The notes beneath the pieces are model-generated. The model had not been told where the DNA came from and searched no databases. It saw only the letters and a program-made list of their open reading frames with translations. The translations under genes were made by a program, and so were the position numbers. A DNA stretch of 64,000 bases, taken from the human T2T-CHM13v2.0 reference genome, Homo sapiens. Location: NCBI RefSeq assembly GCF_009914755.1, contig NC_060928.1; one strand, written 5' to 3'. Of the stretch, positions 13,389 to 31,649 are shown piece after piece (within the stretch, counting starts at the first letter, position 1; every line of letters starts with the position of its first letter).

Positions 13389-16356
13389 CATGATACATTT
13401 GGTACTTTATTACTTTTTGTGAGGGATAGATTCATCCCAGTCCTGTAATTTTTGCCAGTCTTGAAGCTCTTTGATGCCCTGGGCCTCAAAGAGATCACAA
13501 CCTAGTTGAAGAAAGTATTGTTTATCAATAATTATAATGTGATAGACATTATCTCTAATGGGGTGCTTAAAAAGGGAATGAGTAGGGAGCCAGGCACAGT
13601 GGTCCAAAGGATAATTCACTTGATACATGAAATAACTATGTTAGTGTAAAAGATGGATTATTATAAAGTAGGTATCATTGATATTAAAATATGACATATT
13701 TTCTTCAGCAGACACGAACCAGCAGATTTTCTGTGTTCTAAAAAATGAACTAAACAACAGTGGAGTCATTTTGACCATCATAATAAGAGATACAAATCTC
13801 TGCATGGATCAAGTATTTTTAGTCAATGACTACCATGATGGCTGAAGGTCTTGCTGTGATCCATTGGAATTTCACTTTCCAGACTAGATAAAGGACACAG
13901 TTGATCTCATTATATTGCTTTGCTACAGAAAGAAGCTGAATTTTGAAATAAACTCGTGATGACTACAGTCATCTCCCCGTGGAGAAATTTGCATCACAAA
14001 AACACCTTCATCACGGGTCTTATCATTATTCATTTTGGTCGTGTCAGCAGAGAAAACAAGGGCTGAATATTTCTGAACAATAAATTTCTTGACATACCTT
14101 TATTTTTAGTAGGAACTTGTGCTGTCCTAAATCAGGAGCAAAAAAAAGTTGGGTATACATTTTAATAAAAATTAATTATATTGGAATTTAAATTTCTCAG
14201 CTGAGGTTATATGATTTTGTATTTTTGTATATATATACAACCACAAACATATCTTCTTTGCTTATCCTCACTTCCAAATACTATTTTTTAATAAATCCCA
14301 TTATTTTCCTCTTATTTACTGTTTCTCTGTTACACACAAAATTTTAAAAATTAGTCATTTAATTTTTATTTTTCAAAAGATTATTCTTCCTATATTTCAA
14401 ATGCATTAGAACATGTGCCACTTGATTTAGCAATCATGTCTCTTATTGACAGCCAAGAAAACAGACACAACTACTGTAACTAACTGGTGGAAAATGTATT
14501 ATTTCCTTATACTTTTGGAACTGATGTGCTAAGTCTTAAATAAGTATTTTAAAGATGTTTTATTTTGGAATCTATCTGTACATCTTGACTATTCCCTTCT
14601 AGAGTTATACTTTCAGAGAATGCATGCAAAAGTGTGCTGCTCCCCACGTATGAGAGGAGAAGTGATCAATTATAGAAAAGAACAGTGTCTGGGATGCATG
14701 GTCACTGTAATTTACTAGTGATTACCTTGAAAATGAATATGTGACTATTTGACAAGTGATTTCCAAAGGTTGCATTTTCCTAAATGTCAAGGAATTTTTC
14801 CCCTTAAGAATAATTTGGCAGTTGTTTTTTGCTATCATATTTCCACTAAATTACATGTTTCATTTGACAACATTTGTGGATCAGAGCAGGTTGAATATTC
14901 CACTTAAATTTTTGGCTCTCCGATTATATTTTTATTTAAGTGAATTTTGTATTGCTTTTTTGTAGAGCATTTGCTTTTTTTGTAGAAACCATTAGAACAA
15001 GGACATGTACGTTTCTTGAGTTCATAAAATTAGCAAGGCTCCTTACCTAAGGTAATTAGCTATTGCAGCACTAGGCAAGAGGTAAAGGCAAAACACCATA
15101 GGTGTGTTTATACTTCATGTCAGTGAAAGGATAACAGAAATTTCAATAATATGATATGATACATACCAGGTTGTCCTGGACTAGCAGGAAGACTTGGACT
15201 TGCATAAGAAAAAAAGAGATAGTTATATTAAAAAGGGCCTTGAAAAAGTGAACAGAAAGAGCAAGCTATACAAAATATTTGCTCTTCTCCAACATGGAGA
15301 TATTGCAAGATCATTTTCATTTTTTTTCCATTGTGTGAAGAATAAATATTCCATCAACATGCAGCTTCTTTGGAAGTTCATACATTATGCAAATAACAAT
15401 TCATTCTTATTGAGTGTATCATCAGAGTTGTTCCAAAATCAAAGCTAGATGAAGAGTAGGATCCCAGAATATTAGGACCCAAGTGTACATATTATTATGG
15501 AATTTACTTTAGTCAGGCAGAACTAGTGTCTTGGTCACACTGGGATAGGATGAGGCTCTTGACATATGTCAGTGCTAAGAATGAAGCTCATTCTCTTTAA
15601 GAAAAGAAAAAAAAGATGAGAAGTTGGAAACACTTCTTCTTCCATCATTTAATCCACATGAAACCCACTGAAATATTTAGTATAAGCCTGAATCATTTTT
15701 TTTCTCTCTAAAAACTCTGACACAAAGCTTTGAAACTGTGTCATAAAATTGTTCCATGCTATTACACCAAGAGTAGCAACATGGTGCATTCAGTCTGGTT
15801 ATAAAACTATAATATTCTAAAAAGCCCAAAACATGTTCAATGATTAATTTAACACAAAGTAATAGCAATCATCAGGTTATGTTTGGATATTAAAATGCAA
15901 AGAAATCTTAGTTTTGCAATATCTGATCGTCTTCTCTAGTCATTCATGAATCCTCAAGGAAGAAGAAAGAAACCTTGCCCAGAAACCACTTATATGATTT
16001 TTCTGAGAAATGGATTCTTGTGTTTCAAGTTTTATCACCTCGTGATTGTGAATCAGGTTTTTACCTCTACTATTAGGACATTCTCATCTAAGGGTGATTC
16101 TCCTTTGACTACTCTCTATCTGTTGCTTGCCCCTGAACAACTTTACAGTCTTGTACCTGAAACGGTTTGAAATTAAGGGGCATATAAGGAAGGAGTTGGA
16201 AAAGAAGAAACTTAATTTCTTTTTCACAGAGCCACCTATATAATTTGTTTGTTATATTTATTTTTACCTCTAAATTATTCTATGCATTAATGGATACAAT
16301 CATTCTTGCCTTTGTAAGACAGAGTAGCATTAGGTGACTTAGAAAGATGATAAACA

Positions 16357-16662
16357 GGCTGGGCGTGGTGGCTCACGCCTGTACTCCCAGCACTTTGGAA
16401 GGGCGAGGCGGGTGGATCATGAGGTCAAGAGATTGAGACCACCCTGGCCAACATGGTGAAACCACATCTCTACTAAAAATACAAAAATTAGCTGGGCATG
16501 GTGGTGCGTGCCTGTAGTCCCAGCTACTTGGGAGGCTGAGGCAGAAGAATCACTTGAACCCAGGAGGCAGAGGTTGTGGTGAGCACTGAGATCATACCAC
16601 TACACTCCAGCTTGGCGACCGAGCGACACTCTGTCTCAAAAAAAAAAAAAAAAGAAAAGAAA
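16357..16662 (+). mobile_element. AluSc-like
   Basis: Diagnostic ggatcatgaggtcaagagattgagacc; perfect 16-bp TSD agaaagatgataaaca at 16341-16356 and 16663-16678. Confidence 0.97.
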
Positions 16663-16809
16663 AGAAAGATGATAAACAGTCTGCTCCCAGAGACAGGCAT
16701 AATCTATGTGGAATGTTAAAACCATTCAAATTACAGGATTTGAATAGGACACTACATTCATTTATATAAGGAGACACAAATTATACCACTAGGTAAAAAC
16801 ACATAAAAG

Positions 16810-17030
16810 CGATACATAATTTAGAATCAGATATGTTTATCAGTTTATATCCTGGGTTGATTTTATGGGCATGGAAAATGCTGGTGACTTATTTAATGTT
16901 ATTTTAGTATTGTTCTTTATGAAATGGCAAAAATTACATCAAGCTTGCTGTACCATAGGGAGAATTACATGAAATTATGAATGCAAAGTGTCTAGTATAT
17001 GGTAAATTTTCAATAAATATCATTTTATTT
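16810..17030 (+). mobile_element. MIR fragment
   Basis: gaattacatgaaattatgaatgcaaagtgtctagtatatggtaaattttcaataaat resembles the MIR 3' end. Confidence 0.5.
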
Positions 17031-17228
17031 TTTCTTGTAACAAACATGTTTTTAGTCTCCCAGATGGCTCAACATCCCCCTAATGGAATGAATCTTTCAT
17101 ATGCTCTTGGCTACAGTGTTTCCTGTTGAAACTGATTTATCCACTCATTTTATGAATTGTAATCTTTCTGTAACAGATATTCATGTATAACAATAAAGCA
17201 AACATTTATGTAGAACTATGTGTCCAGC

Positions 17229-17581
17229 TATATTAGTCCATTTTCACACTGCTAATAAAGACATACCCGAGACTGGACAATTCATAAAAGAAAAAAGTTT
17301 ACTGGACTCACAGTTCCATATGGCTCGGGAGGCCTCACAATCAAGGCAGAAGGCAAGGAGAAGCAAGTCACATCTTACGTGGATGGCAGCAGGCAAAGAG
17401 AGCTTGTGCAGGGAAACTCCCCCTTTTTAAAACCATGAGATTTCATGAGACTTATTCACTATCGTGAGAATAGCATGGGAAAGACCTACCCCCATGATTT
17501 GATTACCTCCCACTGAGTCCCTCCCACAACATGTGGGAATTGAAGATGAGTTTTGGGTGGGGATACAGTCAAACCATATCA
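17229..17581 (-). mobile_element. THE1 (THE1A-like) MaLR solo LTR inserted in a MIR relic
   Basis: tattagtccattttcacactgctaataaagacatacccgagactgg...gggtggggatacagtcaaaccatatca; about 350 bp. Confidence 0.93.
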
Positions 17582-18908
17582 TAAGAAATGTTCTAAGAGA
17601 ATAAATTCATTTTATATTCAAAAAGTCCATGACACATGAATGGTTGTTGACTCCATCTCACAGGTTAGAAAATAAGAACAAAGTACAGAATTTATGTAAA
17701 TGCCTGAAAATCATTCACCTGAAATTCTACTCAAGTATAAAAGCTCCAGAGTCTATTCTCATAATCACGAGTTTATATTGCCTCTCATTTCTCCGACTTT
17801 TCTGACTTCATATTGTAACCATTTATATGGATGGTATTACTAAAACATAGTTTACCCCTATGTGAAATATTTGCCAGACAGCAAGGAACCATGACCATTT
17901 CATACATGGTATTTACTATGAGGATTCATTAAACAGTTATTCAAAAAATTTGAAACATTTTTCAAGTAATATAAAATCTCTATATAGATCTTTGCCTTTA
18001 TAGTCCTTTTTTTTTACCTTAACTTATGTAGCATTTAATTAACAAAAGAGTTAATGCAATTAAATAGCATTAGTATAATATGTTAAAACCAAATTTACTC
18101 CCTAATGACAACTTTTTAAAGTTTACCTCATTTTATCATTTTGGTGTGCCACAGCATTATATATTTAAGGATAAGGTTAAAAATATTTATTTATATAGGA
18201 AACAATAAGTGTTAGACATAACATTTGTTCATATTAGGAGTACTCAGCATGAAAGAACAAGTATAAATATGAAATTTGTAAGTGTGGCTTCTTACTTTTC
18301 TGATAGTCTTATACAAATAGATAAGGAATGAATTAACATATTTCACTTAGAGTGATGCTTTGTTGTAAATCTTTCCAGATTTTTAGTATTGAGAAAGTCT
18401 TACAGTATCAAATTATATGAATTGTCCTCTTAAACCATATGGAAGTAATTGGCTCATATAGCCATATCAGCAGTGATTCCAAAGGCAGCAAGTATTAAAA
18501 ATCTATAGTAGGAAAATAAAAAAAATTACTTTTTATCACAATGCTTCTTTTCTCCTTTATTTGAAGGCTTAGATTTCATGAAGAATCATTAAAAATAAAT
18601 CTCTTTGTCTACTAAAACCTGTGTGTATTTATCTACTTTTTGTGACTCCACTAGCTGGGACACTGGAGTCATTCAACTAATGTTGACAGTTGAGTGATCA
18701 TTTTAGAAGACTCCATAAATTGAGGATGATTTACATCCTCATACAATCTATTATTTTTCATAAATTGAAATCTCAATGTATATGTTTATCACTGAAATGT
18801 AATGGTATCATACAATTTTACCCATAACGTGTGTTCAACCAGTGCAAACTAAACAAAGAAAAGATGTGCATTTGTCTGAATATCTTCCCACTGTGATACT
18901 GCCACAAC

Positions 18909-19222
<314 letters not shown>

Positions 19223-19669
19223 TAATTTTTTTTTTATGACTTTGGGACCACTAATATATTACTGAAATAGCAAAATCAAAGCAAACATCAGAATTCTAGT
19301 TATAAAAATGATCAAGTTCTGTCATCTTAAGATATAGATATACAGAAACAAGTTTAATACAAGATCTTCATTTGGCTACAACCACAAGTGTTCAAGGAAA
19401 ATTATGGGCTGTCCTGTTGGTTAGGTAATTAATTCTCTCATTATTGAGCATGACTTTTCTAGTCCAACAGACTTACATTTATGCTCAGGCTTGCCCGCTA
19501 CTAACTAGATGTATTTAAATATACTTTGTAAATTTTCTTATTTCATATTCCTCATCTACAGAAGGAAATTAACCCTTTCCTTCAGGATTTATATATTATA
19601 TTATATTATATTATATAAAGCATCTGTGAGGATTCCCAGTATGTTGCTTGGCATGACATGTCACTGTTA

Positions 19670-20302
19670 CTTCCCTGGTCCAAGTCACCATAACCACTTG
19701 CCTAGAATATTACAATCTCTCTCTGCTTCCCACCCTGTCCACTGACAGTCTGTTATCTACAAAGAAGCCAGAGTGATTCTATCAAACACAAAGCCCTCCA
19801 ATGGCCTCTCATCCCAGAGCTCAGAGGAATCATGTGCCCTAATAACTTACCAGATCTTACATGGTTTTTCCTAGTGTACACACACCCCTTATCCCTATGA
19901 CCTCATTTTCAGTGGTCTCCCTGTTTCTCCATCCCATTTGTGGAATTACGAACTCTTTGATGTTCCTTAAATATACCAAGAGATAGAAGCACCCTTTCCC
20001 CAGGTATCTTCATGGTTCATTCTCTCACTTATTGAATCTTTGCAATCTCACGGAGGTTTATATTGACAACACCTTTCTCTACATCTTGACCCTCCCTTTT
20101 CCATACTCTGTTTATTTTTTCCATAGTTGTCATTACTGTCTATGAATTTGATTATTCTTGCTATTTATTTTCTATTCACTCCTCTAAGGAAAGCTCCATG
20201 ATGAGTAATTTTAGTTTCCTCTATTTACTGATATATTTGCAGCCCCTAGCACTACGCTTGGAACACTCAACAAATATTTATGGAATGAATGAATAAATGA
20301 AT
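19670..20302 (+). mobile_element. L2 (L2a-like) 3' portion
   Basis: agccagagtgattct, ccctccaatggcctctc and terminal cactcaacaaatatttatggaatgaatgaataaatgaat. Confidence 0.8.
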
Positions 20303-23300
20303 ATCATTTCCCTTTTCCTCTTCTTTTCTTTCATGGTGGTACAAGGGTTGTTTCTTCATTCTGACCATCACCGTTCTTACTTTTGAATGTTATTGTCCCT
20401 GGCACTTTGCCTATTTTTCTTCCCTACTATTTGATCCCTTAAATCTGTAGAAATGACTTCTGACTTGAGCTGCCTCCTATTTGAACAAGTCAACTAATTC
20501 CTTCTCCCCAAAGATCTCCAGTCATTCTTTCCTTCAGCTTTCTCAGAAATGCTCTCCTAACCTCCCAGTTAGAAACCACTACTTTCTGTGAGGACTTCTA
20601 ATGCCAAATAATACAACTGAAGAACAACAATAAAAAGAGTAGCCAGTTGAGTCTAGGATACAGTGCCATAACATTGTATTTGACCATTATTTTCCAAGTC
20701 TCTTCAACCTGTTTTATTTACTTATTTATTTATTGTCTGTTCTTCTGTCTGGAATGTCTAGCCCCTACTAGACACTTATTTTGTAAATTTTGATAGTGAA
20801 TGAGTGAGTAAATTATTTCAAGGCAAATTTTCAAGATTTATTTGTTTATTTTTAGAATAATAGTTTCACTTCTAAGTATGTGCTACTCTAGCCCCGTACT
20901 CAAACAAGAGTTCCCACCTTTATTACAAACCTATCTTTTTATATTGTCACATGATTAGTCTTTCCCATTTATTTTTGCCACTTCAGTTACTACACCCTTC
21001 ACCTATTCAAGCATTAGTAATTTCCTGTTCCTTCTGAAAAGAATTCCAACACACTCTGTATATCAAAAAGTTCCATTTATGCTTTCTGGTTACCTTGGTT
21101 CTTATATCACAGCAGACTGTCAGACTTATTTGGTTATGTCTTACTCCTGATCAAATTCAAAGCCTCAATCTGTCCTTTTAATTCTTTACCTTGCATCTTA
21201 TAGGATATTCTAGGGTCTTGGCCTTAATTTCAAAACACATAAAATCTATCATGATTAAAGTCTTGTACGAAATATACTCTTTAACTCTACTTTGGTAGAA
21301 TACAAATTATGAATAAAGATGGAATTTGCTTAATCTAACCCACAAAATTAGATCACATGTTCTACATATTTTTAAAAACATGAAATATAGTAGTATCTTA
21401 TACTGCATACTAATATGAATATTTTTATTAATTTATATATTTCTTAAAATACTTTTCAGCTGTTACCCTGCTTAGCTTGTCTAACAATTACAATTCCTTT
21501 TATGGTAGAGTTACCCTTTTTTACATGAAGTATATTATGCTTTACATGCAGAGTTATGATTTGATAAATGTACTGTAATTGTGATTATTTAAACTAGTCA
21601 ACATCTTACATTATCTTGATATAATGGGAAAACAACAGACTGTCTTACCTTAGAAAAATAAGAGCTTTCAAAACAGATAATACATGAGATAATGGTGCTT
21701 ATTATTCATGTTACAAAGAAAGTCTTTTTATTACTAAAAAAAAAACTATACATTTTCTATAAATAGCTAGGTTATAATTCTCCTCCACTTTACCTCAAAT
21801 TTTGGGGAATGTGTCTATAGAAACAGGGAAGGTCCATTTGTGATCTTTATTTAAGATGTTAGAAAATTACTCATTTATTTTTTTTTAAATTACATTGGAA
21901 ACAAAGTTAATGGCAAATATTGTTTTATTAAAGAGGATATTATAGAAAATTTCAGTTTTGCAGAGTCTATGTGGTACATTGGCTATTTGAAAATCAGCTT
22001 AGCACGTAGCACCAAATATTTTATAAATGAACTACAGAATAATAGAAAAGGGTAAGTATAATTCTGTGAAAGTTTGAAATCCCTCAATGTGTAGTGGGGA
22101 ATGTTTCTTACCATATTTGTTCTTTTGACTACATAATATGCTTTCAATAATTTTCTTTTCTGCTGACAAAAGCCAGGGTAGGTTTTGTCACCCGCAACAA
22201 CCACAACAAAAATTCTTGAGCCAAAATGTTACAGTTAATATCTGGTTAAAATTTGGACATCTACACAATATTGTATTTAATTTCCTACATTCTTAAAACA
22301 TTTGAAAATTATACATCATCCATCCCTCTCCCTTTTTTTAAAATTAAAAAAAAACTAAATAATTAGTAATCGTATTCATGGTACATAAGCAGTTATTTAT
22401 AAAATCACACACAAAAAAAATACAGGGTATCCTGACTCCATGATGATTTTTCAGTATTCCACATAGACTAATGTTGTACTTAATGAGTTTCTACATTAAC
22501 AATATACATACAGAGGTTTCCTCAGCTAACTATTGTTCATGACCTTAGCTATTTCAGCAGTCCTGGTTTACCAAGAGAGCTAGTGTTTGGCTGAGTAACT
22601 CTAGTAAATAGAAAAGAAACATCTCTTATGTGAAGTTAGAAAACCAAAATAGGGATATAAATGGTGTCTTATCATTCTTTTAAACCCAGTTTATAATGTG
22701 TAATACACATATTATTGCAGGTAATATTATAATTTTAGTGGTATACATTTGAAAGCTAACATGTATTTGAATTTGCAACTGCTCATGAGCAAAATGCTCA
22801 CATGACATGACTTAGTTCTATTACAGTAATAGTTAATCTGACTAAGAAAGCTATTCTTTCCTTCATCAATTTCCTGAAGTCTTACAGTGTTCATTGCCTC
22901 AACACCAGCAAAAATTAGTATTTAATTACATTTTGCTTTGTACTGTCCTTATTGGTTTCACTGCCAGTTATGCTAATCATGTGTTTTGTTAGGCAGAAAG
23001 TGTGTTTTATACATTCCTTTTTGCATTTAAGTCACTCGAATATGAAATACCCACTCAGTGCTCAGTAAGTACTTACAGGTCTACCAGTTAGTCTCAGGGA
23101 TAGAAACTCAAAGAGAAATTTGACTCTTGCCATTTATGTATTAACGAATATCAGATTATTTAAGTACCTAAGTCAGATTATAAGAATCATATTTTATTAT
23201 TTTGTATTTTATTCCTTCAAATATACTTACCAGGGGACCACTCTGAGTTAGGTACTTGAATATACTATAGGAAGTTGAGATGATTAAAACATTTTGAAAA

Positions 23301-23547
23301 ACCCATTGAAAGACATTCTTGAAGAATTTGTAACCAAGCATAACGTATTATATACTTTGTTTCTCCTTTCCTCCCAATAAATTATGAGTGTCACAAATCA
23401 ATTTTGAAGATTGAATTACAACATTGAAGGAGTAACTTTTTCAATCTTACTTTCTCTGAGGAAGAGCATGAGAAGCAAATGAAAAGCAAGAGCAAATTTG
23501 TGAGACTGAAAAGCCATTATTTGTATGCTTGTTGTTCACGTTATCTA

Positions 23548-23552
23548 TTTCT

Positions 23553-23605
<53 letters not shown>

Positions 23606-23905
23606 TTTCTTTTTATTTTTTTTGAGATGGAGTCTCACTCTGTCACCCAGGCTGCAGTGCAATGGTGCGATCTCGGCTCACTGCAACCTCTGCCTCCCAA
23701 GTTCAAGCGATTCTCCCTGCCTCAGCCTCCCAAGTAACTGGGATTACAGGCCCTGCACCACACCCAGCTAATTTCTGTATTTTTAGCAGACACGGGGTTT
23801 CGCCATGTTGGCCAGGCTGGTCTCGAACTCCTGACCTCAAGTGATCTGCCCACCTCGGCCTCCCAAACTGCTGGGATTACAAGTGTGAGAACACCGTGCC
23901 AGGCC
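23548..23905 (-). mobile_element. AluS with (TTTC)n microsatellite tail
   Basis: Antisense dimer 23623-23905 preceded by a (tttc)n tract at about 23548-23612. Confidence 0.96.
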
Positions 23906-24255
23906 TCACAGTATCTTATATCTCAAAGTCCTTACTATTTAAGGAGATCCTCTTTCCCAAAGCAGAAAGGGACATTCTCCTCTCTCTCAATGTTCATGAG
24001 CACACCAGCAGGCGGAGTTTTTGTTTTCTGCAAATTAAATGCTCCTACAGTTATTGCAAATAAATGTGGGTATGTAATGACAAAAGTTAATCTGAAAAGT
24101 TTAAGACAAGAGTTGTTGTTAGTAGTTTAAAAATTGGTTTAACTTTTATTTTACAAAAGGTCAAATGTTGTGGTAAATTATTCAATGTTAATAATGTGAA
24201 ATGAGGAGATCTAATTAAAGATATTTAAGTTGCACATAACTAGATATTCATATAA

Positions 24256-24660
<405 letters not shown>

Positions 24661-24891
24661 TAACTAGTAATTTCTAGTGGATTTTTTGTTATTCATTTTC
24701 TTTTTGGAGGCAGTAAAGATATTGATTAAGAGCAGGGGTTCTACTCCAAAATACAGCCGCAAAGCTACAACTATCTGATCTTCAACAAAGTTGACAATAA
24801 CAAGCAATGAGAGAAGGAATCCCTATTCAACAAATGGTGCTGAGATAACTGGCTAACCATATGCAGAAGATTGAAACTGGACCCCTTCCTT

Positions 24892-27894
<3,003 letters not shown>

Positions 27895-29472
27895 GAAACT
27901 GGACCCCTTCCTTTCACCATATACAAAAGTCACCTCAACATGGACTAAAGAGTTAAATATAAGTCCTAAAATTACAAAAACCCTAGAAGAAAACCTAGAA
28001 AATACCATCCTGGACATAGGAACGGGCAAAGATTTTACAACAAAGTGTTTCAAAGCAATTACAATAAAAATAAAAATTGACATATGGGGCCTAATTAAAC
28101 TAAAGAGTTTCTGCACAGCAAAAGTTACTATCAACAGAATAAACAGACAACCTACAGAATAGGAGAAAATATTTGCAAACTATGCATCTGACAAAGGTCT
28201 AATACCCAGAATCTATAAGGAACTTAAATAAATTAACAAGCAAAAATCAACCCCATTAAAAAATGATCACAGAACATGAACAGACACTTATCAAAAGAAG
28301 ACATACATGTGGCCAACAGCATATGTAAATATGGTCTACACCAATAACCATTAGAGAAATGTAAATCAAAACCGCAACGAGATACCATCTCACGCAAATC
28401 AGAATGGCCATTATTAAAAAGTCAAAAAATAACAGTGGCCAGTGAGGTTGTAGAGAAAAGAGAACATTGCTTGTGGGAATGTAAACTAGCTCAGCCACTG
28501 TAGAAAGCAGTTTGGAAATTTCCAGAGAACTTAAAACAAAACTACCATTTGACCGAGCAGTCTCATTATTGGGTATATACCCAAAGGAATATAAATTGTT
28601 CTACCAAAAAGACGCATGTACTAGTATGCTCATCGCAACACTATTCACAATAGTAAAGACACAGAGTCAAGCTAGATGTGCATCAGCAGTAGACTGGATA
28701 AAGAAAATGTGGTACACACACACTATAGAATACTATGCAGCCATAAAAACAATGAAATCATGTCCTTTGCAACAACATGGATATAGCTGGAGGCCGTTAT
28801 CCTAAGTGAACTAATACAGGAGCAGTAAACAAAATTCTTTATGTTCTTACATATACGTGGGAGAAAAACACTAAGTGAATGTGGACACAAATCGGAGAAC
28901 AAAAGCCACTGGGCCTACTTGAATGGGGAAGATGAAAGGAGAGTGAGAGTTGAAAAACCATACATAGGATATACTACTCTCACTAGCTGGGTGATGGAAA
29001 AATCTATACACCTAACTCCAACGAGACACAATTTACTCATGTAACAAATCTGCATATGTATTTCCTGAACCTAAATGTTGGAAATGAATAACAAAAATTT
29101 AAAAATAAAATTTGAAGTCCAAAAAATAAATAAATATGACAAGATTTGCTACTACTATGTTACTATTATTTTCTGTGTTTTTTACATCTGTTGTTTATTT
29201 AGCTTGACATATTTGAATTCCATCCTTTATCTCCTATAATAATTTAGAAGTCATAGATCTTTGCTTTACTTCTTTTATTGTAGCTACTAAAATATCACTT
29301 CCTGTGTGTAAGACCTTGCAAATTCATTTCCCTTACCAATCTTTGTGCTACTTTTCCAGTACACTTCACTATTAGGTATTTTACAAATCAAAAAAGATAG
29401 GGATTCTAGAATTAGGCTTCCACTTATGCAAATTGATGTTCAGACTCTATGACTTAAAAATACGTTACTTGA

Positions 29473-29769
29473 GGCCGGGTGCAGTAGCTCACGCCTGTAA
29501 TTCCAGCACTTGGGAGGCTGAGGCGGGTGAATCACCTGAGGTCAGGTGTTCGAGACCAACCTGGCCAACATGGTGAAACTCTGTCTTTACCAAAAATACA
29601 AAAATTAGCCAGGAATGGTGGAACGCACCTATAACCCCAGTTTCTAGGAAGGCTGAGGCAGGAGAATAACTTGAACCTGGGAGGCAGAGGTTCTAGTGAG
29701 CCGAGATTGCACCACTACACTCCAGCCTGGGCCACAGAGTGAGACTCTGTCTCAAAAATAAAAAAAAAA
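29473..29769 (+). mobile_element. AluS (Sx-like) inserted in a MIR
   Basis: Full dimer; TSD a[c/t]gttacttga; MIR 3' sequence resumes afterwards (gcctacctcaatgag...aaagtgcttagaataatgtctagg). Confidence 0.96.
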
Positions 29770-30090
29770 TGTTACTTGACTAAGTACCAATTTTTGTGTG
29801 ATGCATTTTTTTCTTTTTTTATAGAGACGATAGTAGTAATGCCTACCTCAATGAGTTTCTATAAGAATTAAGTTACTTAACACAGTCAAAGTGCTTAGAA
29901 TAATGTCTAGGACATGATAAGTTTTCAATATTATTATTATTGTTATTGTTATTATTCATTTAATTAGTATTACTTAAATGAGAATTATTCTTCTACTGTC
30001 ATTTGTTAGAAGCCCTAGACCAATCTCTCTGCTTCCCATACCAATTTATCCCAGAATATCATGCTCATAAGTATAAACATAATATAATAT

Positions 30091-30198
30091 AAATATAAAC
30101 ATATTTATATATAATACAAATATAAACATATTTATATATAATACAAATATAAACATATTTATATATGATATAAATATAAACATATTTATATATAATGT
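30091..30198. repeat. 27-bp AT-rich minisatellite, 4 copies plus degenerate flanks
   Basis: Unit aaatataaacatatttatatataatac starting at 30091, 30118, 30145 and 30172. Confidence 0.9.
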
Positions 30199-30505
30199 AA
30201 TATAAACATTTATATTGTATTATATATAACCATAATATAAACATAAACATATTACATTTAATATAAAAAATCTTTAAAAATAACAAATACTTATATTTAA
30301 AATATAAATATAATACATATTGAAAATATAAAAAAATTATGATTCTAAGTTCTTAGAGGAGAAAAAGGATAAAATTTAAATATGCTAAATTACATCATCA
30401 AACAGCATATGTAAAAATACAGAAAATAATAGCAATATAGTCATAGCAAAACTTATATGTATTTATATTTTGGAACTTCAAATTTTATTTATTTTTAATG
30501 TATAT

Positions 30506-30706
30506 TTATTTAATTATTTTCAACCTTTAGGTTCAAGGTGTACATGTGCAGGTTTGATACATGAGTAACAATTAATGTGTCTCGTTGGTGTTTACTGTAT
30601 AGATAATTTCATCACCCAGGTAGTGAGGCTAGTAACTTACGTGTAGTTTTTTAACTCTCCTCCTCCTCTGACCTTCCCCATCAGGTAGGCCCAGAATATT
30701 TTGTTC
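30506..30706 (-). mobile_element. Short L1 3' UTR fragment (L1PA15/16-like)
   Basis: ggttcaaggtgtacatgtgcaggtttg...atcacccaggtagtgag; possible TSD atgtatat. Confidence 0.85.
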
Positions 30707-31649
30707 ATGTATATAATCATGATACACATATAAACATAATATTCTGAGATAAATTGGGGTGGAATAAATTAAATACTTGAATACATTTAATTTATCCCAG
30801 ATATTATATTTATCAAATGTTCCCATCATTTAATAAGTGAATCAGTTCAAGATAAAATAGTAAGCATATATTGCCTAAAATTATCTCTTTTTAAACAGCT
30901 ATTAAACGTTAGACAGCTTTCTTTAATCTCAATTCTGATAGCTGCTATTTACTAATTTTGAAGGTATTCCCTATCTTTCTCATTAACTTTTCCCAGTAAT
31001 TCAGTTAAGTCACATATTCCTCCAACATTTTGGCCCATTAAATTAATCTGTACGTCACGAAAACTTAAGCTATTTCTAGTTAAAGAAACTAGAGGCTCAC
31101 ATTGTACATCTTTAAGAGAAGTAATTTTTGATGACGCCTTTCTTTTAAAAACAATTATTTAATTAGTAAAACAATCTGTTCTGTGCTGGTAGTGACATGG
31201 GAGGGTGGCCTTGACTCTGAGGAAAGTATAGTACCTTTTAGGAAATGAACAATCCAGCTGTGAGAAAATGAGAGATAAGTATTCTATTTGTATCTGTATC
31301 TTGCTTCAATATAAATTAATTTGAGTGAATGCCAAAGCTACATGAGGAGCAAGAAGAGAAAACATTGAAAGAAAGGGAATCAAGAGAAAATTTAGATGAA
31401 AATAGGAAAAAAAAATAACCCTAGGTAAGATTGGTAATCGAAACTTCTGTGAAAATATTTGCTGTGAGGTGTATTTTGCCTTTGGCTCCATGGTAGCCAA
31501 AGTAAAGAGGGAAATAGAATCAGTTTAAAAAAAAATTGAAACCAATATAATAGGCAAAGTATAAGTATCAAAATAAAAACATTAATTAATAGTGAATGAT
31601 CGCTTCTTTTTTTTACATGTAGAATAAATATAGTAAGTTTTAAAATGGC

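Noticed and set aside
17224-17586. THE1 LTR lacking a matching 5-bp TSD (ccagc vs taaga)
   Set aside because: The host MIR appears to continue in register across it, so decay is a sufficient explanation. Too little signal to claim inter-LTR recombination.
30091-30198. 27-bp repeats as a CRISPR-like array
   Set aside because: Head-to-tail units with no unique spacers, no cas genes, and a primate context.
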